From contig CAJUSU010000003.1 of the NCBI GenBank assembly GCA_910589185.1, positions 8,847-72,846 on the forward strand: a DNA stretch of 64,000 nt. The letters are read 5' to 3'. Within the stretch, counting starts at the first letter, position 1. Each line of letters opens with the position of its first letter. Both the position numbers and the translations under genes were made by a program. A model generated the notes under the pieces. It had not been told where the DNA came from, did no database searches, and worked only from the letters and a program-made list of their open reading frames with translations. This document shows positions 1 to 8,124 of this stretch, piece after piece. Source of the stretch: an uncultured Clostridia bacterium (GTDB taxonomy: Bacteria > Bacillota > Clostridia > TANB77 > CAG-508).

Positions 1-1483
1 CTGCCATTCCTAAGGCATTGTGTAAAAATGCATTCATAGCAATGAAAATACTAATACTTACTGCTAAAGATACAACAGTAGTTCTATATTTCTTTTTGCT
101 TCTTTTTAGATTTTTATACGCTAATACCCCACCTACTTTAAACACTTTTGAGATGATTTTTGGTGTTTTTAATTTTTTGCTATTTATTTTAATATCCTTT
201 GCATTTCTTAACTGTTCTATTGGGCTTACTTTACTTGCTTTTTTAGCCGAAGACATAGCTGATAAATATACTGTTAAGAATCCAAGAACTATGGATAGAA
301 TAATTGGAATAATAGAAACTTTAAACAAAATTCCATCTGTATAAGCAAGTAATGCTCCCGGTCCTAATAAAGAATTAACTATTTGCAGTAATACCCACAC
401 TGCTAATATTCCTGATAAAATTCCTAATGGAATTCCAACTAATCCAAGCATTAATGCTTCAAATATAACACTTTTCTTAATTTGCTTTTTGGTAGCACCT
501 ATACTAGAAAGCATACCATACATTTTAATCTTTTCTGTAGTAGAAATAGCAAATGAATTTCTAATACAAAATACACTTGTAAATAAGATAATAATAACCA
601 CCACTACAATCACACTATATAACATAGCAAGAGTATTATCACTAAAAGCAAATACCTCCCATCTAAGTAATTCATGGTTAATAGCAGATACATCATATTT
701 CATTGGTGTACTATTTTCTTGTACTATTCTCATACTAGATACACCTAACATCTGTGGAATAGACGTTTCATATTCTTTTGGATCTTTTAAAGCAATGTAT
801 CCTTCTATTTTTCCATTAGGACTACTTGCATCACCAGTTGTAATGACAGTATATCCCACATCACTGTAATTCTCAAAACTGGTATTAGGTCTTTTGATAA
901 CTCCTACCACCTTAAAAGTTCTTTTTTGTGGGTTGACAATATGTTCTCCTGCTTCCACATCATACGGATTTCCCGGATGCAATTCAAATCCATCTAAACT
1001 TTCTCTTTTTCCTACTTCTATGGTAATAGTATCTCCTATATTATATTTTACTTCTCCATTTGTTTCAATATGGCGAGAAATCACAATTTCTCCATTATTT
1101 TGTGCAAATCTTCCCTCCTCTAATTCAAAGTTTAGTTTCTGAAAGGTATCTTCATTCATAGAACATAATTTCAAATATGGTTTGTCTTTATTGGTTCCAT
1201 TTGACAAAATGCCATATCCTTCTTGTAAAACACTAAAAATTTCTTTGACATCTCTGTTATTCTTTATGGTTTCAATATCATTTAAAGTAAGGTTCTCTAA
1301 TGACAAATGATAATATCCTGTTTCATTAATCGCATTTTGTACTAAAGTCGCTTGAAAGCTGGTTGCTAATGTACAAGCTGCACAAATCAGAGCAGTAGAA
1401 AGGATAATTCCAATGACTGTACTAATGGTTCTCTTTTTATTTAACTTTAAATTTTTAAGTGACACTTTATTTAATATCTTCAT
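1..1483 (-). CDS. ABC transporter permease, FtsX/MacB-type, partial (3' end lies beyond window start)
   Basis: Hand translation of the minus strand from ATG at 1483 (MKILNKVSLKNLKLNKKRTISTVIGIILSTALI...) stays open to position 1. It contains an FtsX-like segment (MYGMLSSIGATKKQIKKSVIFEALMLGLVGIPLG). It starts 20 nt after the ATPase stop. It is absent from the ORF track because there is no stop in the window; plus-strand ORFs 18-1142 are its shadows. Confidence 0.8.
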   Translation of the reverse strand, partial: MKILNKVSLKNLKLNKKRTISTVIGIILSTALICAACTLATSFQATLVQNAINETGYYHLSLENLTLNDIETIKNNRDVKEIFSVLQEGYGILSNGTNKDKPYLKLCSMNEDTFQKLNFELEEGRFAQNNGEIVISRHIETNGEVKYNIGDTITIEVGKRESLDGFELHPGNPYDVEAGEHIVNPQKRTFKVVGVIKRPNTSFENYSDVGYTVITTGDASSPNGKIEGYIALKDPKEYETSIPQMLGVSSMRIVQENSTPMKYDVSAINHELLRWEVFAFSDNTLAMLYSVIVVVVIIILFTSVFCIRNSFAISTTEKIKMYGMLSSIGATKKQIKKSVIFEALMLGLVGIPLGILSGILAVWVLLQIVNSLLGPGALLAYTDGILFKVSIIPIILSIVLGFLTVYLSAMSSAKKASKVSPIEQLRNAKDIKINSKKLKTPKIISKVFKVGGVLAYKNLKRSKKKYRTTVVSLAVSISIFIAMNAFLHNALGMA

Positions 1484-1503
1484 CTTGAGCAAATCTCTCC
1501 TTC

Positions 1504-2175
1504 CTACATATCTTCTACAATTTTTCCGTCTTCAATTTTGATAATTCTATCCGCTATTTTAGCAATTTCCATATTGTGTGTAATCATCACAATAGTTTGC
1601 TTGTAATCTCTATTTGATTTCTTTAATAATTCTACAATTTCATCGCTTGATTTAGAATCTAAATTTCCAGTAGGCTCATCTGCTAAAATAATAGCCGGAT
1701 TGGTTATCATTGCTCTTCCAATAGAGGTTCTTTGTTGTTGCCCTCCTGATAATTCATTTGGTAAATGTGTTTTTCTACTTTCTAGACCTAATAACTGAAT
1801 TAAATCGTTTAATCTTTTCGAATCAATTTTACGATTATCTAGACTAAGTGGAAGTGTAATATTTTCTTCTACATTTAAAATAGGTATTAAGTTATAGAAC
1901 TGATAAATGAGTCCCACTTGTCTTCTCCTAAATATAGCAAGTTCATCATCATTAAATCCATAAATATCTTTTCCATCAATAAATACTTTTCCACTTGTTG
2001 GTCTATCTACTCCACCAATTAAATGTAATAAGGTAGACTTTCCACTTCCCGATGCTCCTACAATTGCTACAAACTCTCCTTTTGCAATGCTAAAAGAAAC
2101 ATTATCAAGTGCTACCACTTTAGCTGCTCCTTTTCCATAAACTTTACTTAAATTTTCAACTCTCAAAATTTCCAT
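1504..2175 (-). CDS. ABC transporter ATP-binding protein (MacB/LolD/FtsE-like)
   Basis: Walker A GASGSGKST, ABC signature LSGGQQQR, Walker B ILADEPT, H-loop ITHN; 223 aa. Confidence 0.95.
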   Translation of the reverse strand: MEILRVENLSKVYGKGAAKVVALDNVSFSIAKGEFVAIVGASGSGKSTLLHLIGGVDRPTSGKVFIDGKDIYGFNDDELAIFRRRQVGLIYQFYNLIPILNVEENITLPLSLDNRKIDSKRLNDLIQLLGLESRKTHLPNELSGGQQQRTSIGRAMITNPAIILADEPTGNLDSKSSDEIVELLKKSNRDYKQTIVMITHNMEIAKIADRIIKIEDGKIVEDM

Positions 2176-2207
2176 GTTTTTTATCCTTTCTTCACTTTGT
2201 TGATTTT

Positions 2208-2241
2208 ATTATACGATAGTTAAAGTGACAAGTAAGTGACA
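2208..2241 (-). promoter_or_regulatory. Predicted promoter of the ABC operon, with a direct repeat TGTCAC-N5-TGTCAC overlapping the -35
   Basis: Minus-sense sequence is AATGTCACTTACTTGTCACTTTAACTATCGTATAAT. The -10 TATAAT lies at 2208-2213 and a -35-like TTACTT at 2230-2235. TGTCAC hexamers lie at 2225-2230 and 2236-2241 (11-bp period). Confidence 0.4.
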
Positions 2242-2261
2242 TTTTGAAAAAAATTTTGAAA

Positions 2262-2310
2262 TTAAAAAAAGACCCCACCGAAGTGGGGCTGCCGTTGTAC
2301 TTGTCGGCAG
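2262..2310 (-). terminator. Tandem-hairpin rho-independent terminator after the 108-aa gene
   Basis: Minus-sense hairpins are CTGCCG-N10-CGGCAG (2289-2310) and then CCCCAC-UUCG-GUGGGG (2273-2288). A run of 7 U follows. Confidence 0.75.
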
Positions 2311-2319
2311 TGTCGAGGT

Positions 2320-2646
2320 TTATCCTCTCAAGCGAAGCAGAGCCCACATTTCCTCACGGTTCAAGATACCATCTTTCCATATGGAAATGATAAGGCAGCG
2401 ATCTTCTTCACTCAAGTGCTTCAAAAGTTCCTGCAGATCAGGGTCAGTCTGAACATCTTCCTTGTTCAGCGTTTTGTAATTGAGGCGACCGTCTGCCCAC
2501 ATAGATGTGACCAATTCCTGATCCTCATTGCTTAACTGGGACATAAGGTTGCCAAGCACTAGATAGGAACGTATCAGTTCGATTTTGTCCGGTCCTTCCT
2601 TTTTGTCCAACTGTTCCCTGATTTCGCTTGTTGTCAAAAATTTCAT
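2320..2646 (-). CDS. Hypothetical 108-aa protein with internal tandem repeat; compositionally foreign
   Basis: A GGAGG RBS sits 9 nt upstream of the ATG. Two related segments are present: LSNEDQELVTSMWADGRLNYKTL and LSEEDRCLIISIWKDGILNREEM. A hand count of 2321-2400 gives 37/80 G+C, against 15/80 in 2701-2780. Codons CTG, CAG, CGC and GAC are used, unlike the neighbouring genes. Confidence 0.6.
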   Translation of the reverse strand: MKFLTTSEIREQLDKKEGPDKIELIRSYLVLGNLMSQLSNEDQELVTSMWADGRLNYKTLNKEDVQTDPDLQELLKHLSEEDRCLIISIWKDGILNREEMWALLRLRG

Positions 2647-2697
2647 GTTGTTAAAACCTCCTATGTCTTCTCTGCTATCAGCAGATTTGTACCCTTC

Positions 2698-2726
2698 ATT
2701 ATACCATATTTAAATCTTAATTTCAA
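2698..2726 (-). promoter_or_regulatory. Predicted promoter for the 108-aa gene (TTGAAA-17-TGgTATAAT)
   Basis: The -35 TTGAAA is at 2721-2726. The extended -10 TGGTATAAT is at 2698-2706. A palindrome TCTGCT-N3-AGCAGA at 2671-2685 lies between the -10 and the RBS. Confidence 0.5.
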
Positions 2727-3843
2727 GTTTTGAAGATTTTACCTTTTTACTTTTCTTGCTATTTTTATTTGAAATATTCATCATAACGTTTTCTTTAACA
2801 ATGCCTAACAAGGAATGTAGTGCCTTTGAAATAAGAACTTTATTTTCGCTATCTATGTTTTGGTAATTTTTAATCAATAATCTAGCAGTAGCTATCTTCT
2901 TATTAGAAAGTTCTTCCAAAGTAGTCGCATCTGTAGAATTTATAATCTCAAATAATACCTCTACTACTTGTGCTCTTTGATCAGCAGGTACAGTTTTTAC
3001 CCATTCTTTAATAGTCTTATCAACTAGCAAACTTTTATCAGTTACATTTTTCATGGAAACAAATTTACTCCCCAATACTTGCCAACTATATAAATCATGT
3101 TGCATAATTCCATTTGCTGTACTTTGAACTACTACATATGTTTCTTGATGATTTAATAATCTACCAATTACAGAAGATTGAGGAATATAGGTGTGTACTT
3201 TTTGAATCATTTTTTGATATTCTACTGTTTGAACAATATCATCATCAAAACCAGGACCATCTTCGTTATAGATTATTTTAATTCTTTTCTTGATTTCATC
3301 ATTACAAAACGTTGCAGCGTATACTGCTAAATTACCACCTTTTGAATGCCCTCCTACAATGATATCTCCCTCATATTTACTAGCAATATTATTCAAATAA
3401 GCTTTACTGTCTTTTTGAGATGGTACATGGGAGGAAAAACTCATATTGAAATCTTCCTTCCAACCAATTAAGGTATTGTCTGTACCTCTAAAAGAAACAT
3501 ACAAAATATCATTAGGTAAGCATATTGTAATTGCTGAAAATTGTTTTTCTTCTTTTGGTTCCACTTTATTAATGTAATCTAGCAATATCAAATCTTTATA
3601 TCTCGCACATTTTGCTACTGCTGGGAATAAATCTAAATCATCAACTTGTAATACTGTTTTATCCTTTTCTTTTCTAAATCTTTTGTAAGCTTTTTCTATC
3701 GTTATTTTCTCTTCTCCTTGAAATAGATTATCAAAAGGAAAATAAGAAATTCTAGATAAAATAAGGCTATCTATCTCATTTAATGGAACTTGTGAAAATG
3801 GAATATCTCCTCTCCATGTTAAATAATCCAAAATATTTGCCAT
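2710..3843 (-). CDS. DUF2974 (Mbeg1-like) alpha/beta-hydrolase, lipase-like
   Basis: It has a nucleophile-elbow motif GGHSKGGNLA and the context FRGTDNTLIGWKEDF typical of this family (from memory). Its ATG overlaps the upstream stop (TAATG). Confidence 0.7.
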   Translation of the reverse strand: MANILDYLTWRGDIPFSQVPLNEIDSLILSRISYFPFDNLFQGEEKITIEKAYKRFRKEKDKTVLQVDDLDLFPAVAKCARYKDLILLDYINKVEPKEEKQFSAITICLPNDILYVSFRGTDNTLIGWKEDFNMSFSSHVPSQKDSKAYLNNIASKYEGDIIVGGHSKGGNLAVYAATFCNDEIKKRIKIIYNEDGPGFDDDIVQTVEYQKMIQKVHTYIPQSSVIGRLLNHQETYVVVQSTANGIMQHDLYSWQVLGSKFVSMKNVTDKSLLVDKTIKEWVKTVPADQRAQVVEVLFEIINSTDATTLEELSNKKIATARLLIKNYQNIDSENKVLISKALHSLLGIVKENVMMNISNKNSKKSKKVKSSKLEIKI

Positions 3844-4847
3844 TATCTTTCAATTCTCTCCTTTGCTTCTTGCTGTGCTTCTTTTGTAAATCCTAGAATA
3901 ATACGATTATTCTTTGCAATAATAGTATTCCAGATTTCTTCATACATCTCCTTTTTTGCTTTTGTTGCAATATCAATTGCAGCAATTTCATGCGTTTTGC
4001 CATCTTTCGTCATGACTTTAATGCTTTGATTTGTTTTAATTCCATTTGTACGATAAATCATAGAATACATCCAAATAATATCTTGATATTCTATTACTCT
4101 AAAACTACCTTTGAAGTTGATGACATAACGATTGGTTAAGAACAAATGAATTCTCTCATAATAGAAAGCTTCTGAACTATTCATCTCATTATCCAATGTT
4201 TCAATAGTAGTTTCATCCATTTTCTTAATATTGCTACTAAATTTAATTTTTTGAGTAATTGCTGTGGCAAATAGAATAAGTCCTAATAATCCACAAACAA
4301 AAGCACAAAAATAAGGAATAAATCCAATATCATCCATACCTGTTGCGGAAATATCTAGGTAAACTGCTCCAAAATAAGAATTAAAATCTGCCATAGTTAG
4401 CTTTTCCTCTTCTTCTAAGCCTTGGTTGTATGCTTCTAAAGCATATTCTTTAATTTCCTTTGGAATTAGTTTTGTTCCACCTGTAATGGTAACAGGATTT
4501 TCTTTCAAATCTGTTTTGCTTGTTAGTTCATTATATTTTCCCATATAAGCGATATACATAAATTCGTCATCTGTTACAATAAAATATGCATATGTAGAAT
4601 CTGTTTCTTCTGCAAATAAATATGGCTTTGTATGTACATCAATAGTAGCAATTTGCTCTTCTTTGCCACCATCTTGCTCTACAATGATATCATTTAATGG
4701 TTTTGTATTTGCTTTTGCTTGTTCTACCATATAATAGCCAAATGCTACTAGAGCAATAGCTACAATAAGAAGCAAGATGCTAAGTAGCACATTTCTTGTT
4801 AACCTTTTTTTCTCTTTTAAAATGTTAGGATTTGTAAATCTCTCCAT
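3843..4847 (-). CDS. Membrane protein (2 TM segments) with a C-terminal PH-like/DUF-type soluble domain
   Basis: The hydrophobic segments are LLSILLLIVAIALVAFGYYMV and FIPYFCAFVCGLLGLILFATAI. The gene is translationally coupled to the downstream hydrolase gene. Confidence 0.65.
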   Translation of the reverse strand: MERFTNPNILKEKKRLTRNVLLSILLLIVAIALVAFGYYMVEQAKANTKPLNDIIVEQDGGKEEQIATIDVHTKPYLFAEETDSTYAYFIVTDDEFMYIAYMGKYNELTSKTDLKENPVTITGGTKLIPKEIKEYALEAYNQGLEEEEKLTMADFNSYFGAVYLDISATGMDDIGFIPYFCAFVCGLLGLILFATAITQKIKFSSNIKKMDETTIETLDNEMNSSEAFYYERIHLFLTNRYVINFKGSFRVIEYQDIIWMYSMIYRTNGIKTNQSIKVMTKDGKTHEIAAIDIATKAKKEMYEEIWNTIIAKNNRIILGFTKEAQQEAKERIER

Positions 4848-4965
4848 TTCATTTCCCCCTTTATTTCTATTAATTTATATCACATTTGTTACAAAAAATC
4901 TAGTACATTTCAAGGGAATAATATTTTACAAATTCTTATTTTTCTCTAATAATCTCTTTTCAATT

Positions 4966-5406
4966 TTATCTACATCGGGGAATATTAGATTTATCCCGTT
5001 TAGCCTTTAGCCTAAATACTTTATTTACTTTAGCAACGATTTCTCTTTGCGTACCTTCAACAACAGGTACAGCCTTATCTCTGCTAGTATCTATATGATC
5101 TATATATTCTTCAGTAACTGGAAAAATGTTTTGAATGAGAAAAGCAGCATACTTTTTTCTATATCTTCCAATTACAATGGTATCACAAATACCATTTTTC
5201 TTTATCTTTTCTTCTTGTAGCCTTTTATATTTTTCTACTTTTGAACTCATTGGAACAAACCAAAAAATTTTACTATTTGCATTTCGTATACACAAATAAG
5301 TAGGTCTTGTATTTCCATTTTCATGATTTCTCATTAACTTTTTATCCTTTGCAACTTCAAAATATTCTTCTTTAATATGATATACATATCCTGTTTCTAT
5401 TAGCAT
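4966..5406 (-). CDS. ToxN/AbiQ/CptN-like type III toxin (endoribonuclease), putative
   Basis: Start taken at ATG 5406 with an AAAGGA RBS; the track's TTG at 5421 is less likely. Segments YHIKEEYFE and RPTYLCI...WFVPMSSKVEKY resemble the conserved core (RPY.GI...APLSSPK) of ToxN/AbiQ-type toxins, from memory. It sits directly downstream of a promoter/tandem-repeat/terminator module. Confidence 0.65.
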   Translation of the reverse strand: MLIETGYVYHIKEEYFEVAKDKKLMRNHENGNTRPTYLCIRNANSKIFWFVPMSSKVEKYKRLQEEKIKKNGICDTIVIGRYRKKYAAFLIQNIFPVTEEYIDHIDTSRDKAVPVVEGTQREIVAKVNKVFRLKAKRDKSNIPRCR

Positions 5407-5421
5407 AATTTTTCCTTTCAA

Positions 5422-5458
5422 AACAAAAAGAGACCTTCTATAACTTAATATAGAAAGC
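5422..5458 (-). terminator. Rho-independent terminator/attenuator between the repeat array and the toxin ORF
   Basis: Minus-sense sequence is CUUUCUAUA-UUAAGU-UAUAGAAGG followed by UCUCUUUUUGUUUU. Confidence 0.55.
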
Positions 5459-5471
5459 CCCCTATTTTCAT

Positions 5472-5564
5472 AATGGATAACTTATTACTCGCACCACCAT
5501 AAAGCGAGAACATTTAGCGAAATGGATAACTTATTACTCGCACCACCATAAAGCGAGAACATTT
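5472..5564 (-). ncRNA. Putative type III antitoxin RNA: two tandem repeats (49-nt period, 44 nt identical)
   Basis: Identical 44-mers aatggataacttattactcgcaccaccataaagcgagaacattt occur at 5472-5515 and 5521-5564. Each contains an internal hairpin CTCGC-N11-GCGAG. Confidence 0.6.
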
Positions 5565-5577
5565 TCCTTCTATATTT

Positions 5578-5607
5578 ATTATACTGTTCATTTTTCATAA
5601 TTGTCAA
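5578..5607 (-). promoter_or_regulatory. Consensus sigma-A-type promoter driving the repeat array
   Basis: Minus-sense TTGACA (5602-5607), an 18-nt spacer, then TATAAT (5578-5583). The first repeat begins about 13 nt downstream of the -10. Confidence 0.7.
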
Positions 5608-5672
5608 GACATTTGTATAATAAATATAACATAAAGTTTGCACTATTTTTAAAGATATATTCTTGTTACAAA

Positions 5673-6446
5673 CTACACTCCCATAATGTTATATCCACTA
5701 TCTGCATAAATTACTTGCCCTGTCACAGCATCTGACATTTCACTCAATAAGAAAGCTGCCACATTTCCTACTTGAGTAGTTGTTACATTTCTGTGTAATG
5801 GTGATTTTTCTTCTACAACAGTTAAAATACTCGAAAAATCTTTAATCCCTTTAGCAGATAAAGTTTTAATTGGCCCCGCTGATATAGCATTCACCCTTTT
5901 TCCTTCTTTTCCTAAGTTTTCTGCTAAATATCGTACACTAGCCTCCAATGCTGCTTTTGCTGCTCCCATTACATTGTATCCATCTAACACTTTTGTAGAA
6001 CCATGATAAGTTAAGGTTACTAAACTTGCATTTTCATTTAATAAATCTACTTCTTTTGCAATTCTTGTTGCTAGTACAAAAGAATAGGCACTTACATCAA
6101 GAGCATGAGCATATCCTTCTTTACTGGTATAGATGAAATCTTGGTGCAAATCTTCTGTATTGGCATGTGCAATAGCATGTACTAAACCATCTATTTTCCC
6201 ATTTTCTTCTTTGATTTGTGTAAATACTTTTTGTACCAATTCATCTTCTGATGCACCATCCAATACATAAGCTTTACTTCCTTGAAATTCGGAGATAAGT
6301 TCTTCTATTTTTTCTTTATTTTCTTCTCCCATGTAAGTAAAAATAAGCTTTGCTCCATTCTCATAAGCTGATTTTGCAATTCCATAGGCAATACTCCATT
6401 TATTACGTATTCCCATAATTAGTATCGTTTTATCTTTTAATAACAT
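5673..6446 (-). CDS. fabI: Enoyl-[acyl-carrier-protein] reductase (NADH), FabI
   Basis: N-terminus ILIMGIRNKWSIAYGIAKSAYENGAKLIFTY, with SDR-like Y/K motifs; it is the last gene of the fab/acc operon. Confidence 0.9.
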   Translation of the reverse strand: MLLKDKTILIMGIRNKWSIAYGIAKSAYENGAKLIFTYMGEENKEKIEELISEFQGSKAYVLDGASEDELVQKVFTQIKEENGKIDGLVHAIAHANTEDLHQDFIYTSKEGYAHALDVSAYSFVLATRIAKEVDLLNENASLVTLTYHGSTKVLDGYNVMGAAKAALEASVRYLAENLGKEGKRVNAISAGPIKTLSAKGIKDFSSILTVVEEKSPLHRNVTTTQVGNVAAFLLSEMSDAVTGQVIYADSGYNIMGV

Positions 6447-6461
6447 AACACTTTCTTCCTT

Positions 6462-7274
6462 TCATTTTATTCGAAACCCCGAAATACTCCTAAACTTCTC
6501 ATATCGTTGTTCCACTAATTCTTCCTCTGTCATTTTCTGCATTTTACGAATTTCTTTTTGAATTTCCTTTTGAATAGATTGACTTACTTTTTCAAAATCT
6601 TCTTCTTCCATTTCTACTGGCTCTTTGATAATCTTATCAATCACTTTTAAATCATATAAATCTTTTGCTGTTAGCCTCATTTTTTCTGCTGCTTCTTTTA
6701 CTCTACTACTATCCTTCCATAAAATACTGCTATATCCTTCAGGGGATAAAATAGAGTAAATCGCATTTTCTAACATAAAAATTTTATTAGCTACTGATAT
6801 GGCTAACGCACCACCCGAAGAACCTTCTCCTATTACAATGCTAATCACAGGAACTTTTAGTCTTGCCATTTCAAACATAGATTTTGCAATTGCTTCTCCC
6901 TGTCCTCTTTCTTCTGCGCCAATTCCCGGATAAGCGCCTTTGGTATCCACAAAAGTAATAATGGGTCTGTGAAACTTTTCTGCTTGTTTCATAAACCTAA
7001 TCGCCTTTCGATAACTTTCAGGATTAGGCATTCCAAAATTTCTCTCCATATTTTCTTTCGTCGTTCTTCCTTTTTGCTCTGCAATAATAGTAAAGACCTG
7101 CTCTCCTAGTTTTGCTAATCCGCAAATAATTGCCTTATCATCTTTGAAACATCTATCTCCATGTAACTCAATAAACTCATCAAAAATGCTTTCTATATAG
7201 TCAATGGCTGTTTTTCTTTTTGGATTTCTAGCAATTTCTACTTTCTCCCAAGCAGAGGATTTATTCTTTTCCAT
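6462..7274 (-). CDS. accA: Acetyl-CoA carboxylase carboxyltransferase subunit alpha
   Basis: Motifs [23 protein letters not shown] and [10 protein letters not shown]; overlaps the end of accD. Confidence 0.93.
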   Translation of the reverse strand: MEKNKSSAWEKVEIARNPKRKTAIDYIESIFDEFIELHGDRCFKDDKAIICGLAKLGEQVFTIIAEQKGRTTKENMERNFGMPNPESYRKAIRFMKQAEKFHRPIITFVDTKGAYPGIGAEERGQGEAIAKSMFEMARLKVPVISIVIGEGSSGGALAISVANKIFMLENAIYSILSPEGYSSILWKDSSRVKEAAEKMRLTAKDLYDLKVIDKIIKEPVEMEEEDFEKVSQSIQKEIQKEIRKMQKMTEEELVEQRYEKFRSISGFRIK

Positions 7275-8124
7275 TTGTCATTCCTCCTTTATGGTACTGA
7301 ATTAGCTGATGTAATGTGTCTTTCATTTCTTCTCTTGCTACAATCTTATCAATAAATCCATGTTCCAATAAAAATTCTGCTGTTTGGAAACCTTCTGGCA
7401 AACTCTCTCCAATTGTTTGTTCTATTACTCTTGGACCTGCAAAGCCTATCATCGCTCCCGGTTCTGCTAAAATGATATCTCCTAAACTTGCAAAAGATGC
7501 AGTAACTCCTCCATAGGTTGGGTCTGTTAAGACAGATATGTATAATAGTCCTGCCTCATCTAATTTAGTAAGTGCTGCCGTTGTTTTTGCCATTTGCATT
7601 AAAGAAATAATCCCTTCTTGCATTCTAGCACCACCTGATACAGCAAATATGATAAGTGGTAACTTTAGCTGAATGGCTTGTTCAATACTATATGTAATTT
7701 TTTCGCCAACTACTGCTCCCATACTTCCCATTAAAAAGCCACTATCCATGATACAGATAACTACATCTTCCCCCTTAATTTTTCCTGTTCCACAAGCAAC
7801 CGCCTCTTCTAGGCTTGTTTTTTCTCTTAAAGCTGCTAGTTTTCTAGGGTAATCTTCTAAATCTAAAGGATTCGTTGTGTCTATATTCAAGTCAAAACGC
7901 TTGTAAGTTCCCTCATCAATGACTAATTCTATTCTTTTTCCAATATGCATTCTAAAATAATGGCCACAATTAGGACAAATATTTAAGTTACTTCTAACAG
8001 TATCTTTATAAATGATTTCATGGCATTTTTCACATTTGAGCCATTTTCCAATTGGAATATCCACATTTGACTTTTTATTTGCTACATTCTTCGTTTCTCT
8101 TTTCTTGATTTTATCTACTATCAT
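7261..8124 (-). CDS. accD: Acetyl-CoA carboxylase carboxyltransferase subunit beta
   Basis: N-terminal zinc ribbon CEKCHEIIY...[10 protein letters not shown] and carboxyltransferase domain motif SGGARMQEG. Confidence 0.93.
   Translation of the reverse strand: MIVDKIKKRETKNVANKKSNVDIPIGKWLKCEKCHEIIYKDTVRSNLNICPNCGHYFRMHIGKRIELVIDEGTYKRFDLNIDTTNPLDLEDYPRKLAALREKTSLEEAVACGTGKIKGEDVVICIMDSGFLMGSMGAVVGEKITYSIEQAIQLKLPLIIFAVSGGARMQEGIISLMQMAKTTAALTKLDEAGLLYISVLTDPTYGGVTASFASLGDIILAEPGAMIGFAGPRVIEQTIGESLPEGFQTAEFLLEHGFIDKIVAREEMKDTLHQLIQYHKGGMTNGKE

Noticed and set aside
18-1142. Three plus-strand ORFs (108, 126 and 82 aa) at the window start.
   Set aside because: Their sequences are low-complexity and hydrophobic, and they lie antisense to a continuous, clearly FtsX-like minus-strand reading frame. 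They are shadow ORFs.
5472-5564. Possible CRISPR array, based on the identical direct repeats.
   Set aside because: There are only two copies, separated by 5 nt rather than a spacer of ~30 nt, and no cas genes are present. The promoter/terminator/ToxN-like ORF context fits a type III antitoxin RNA instead.
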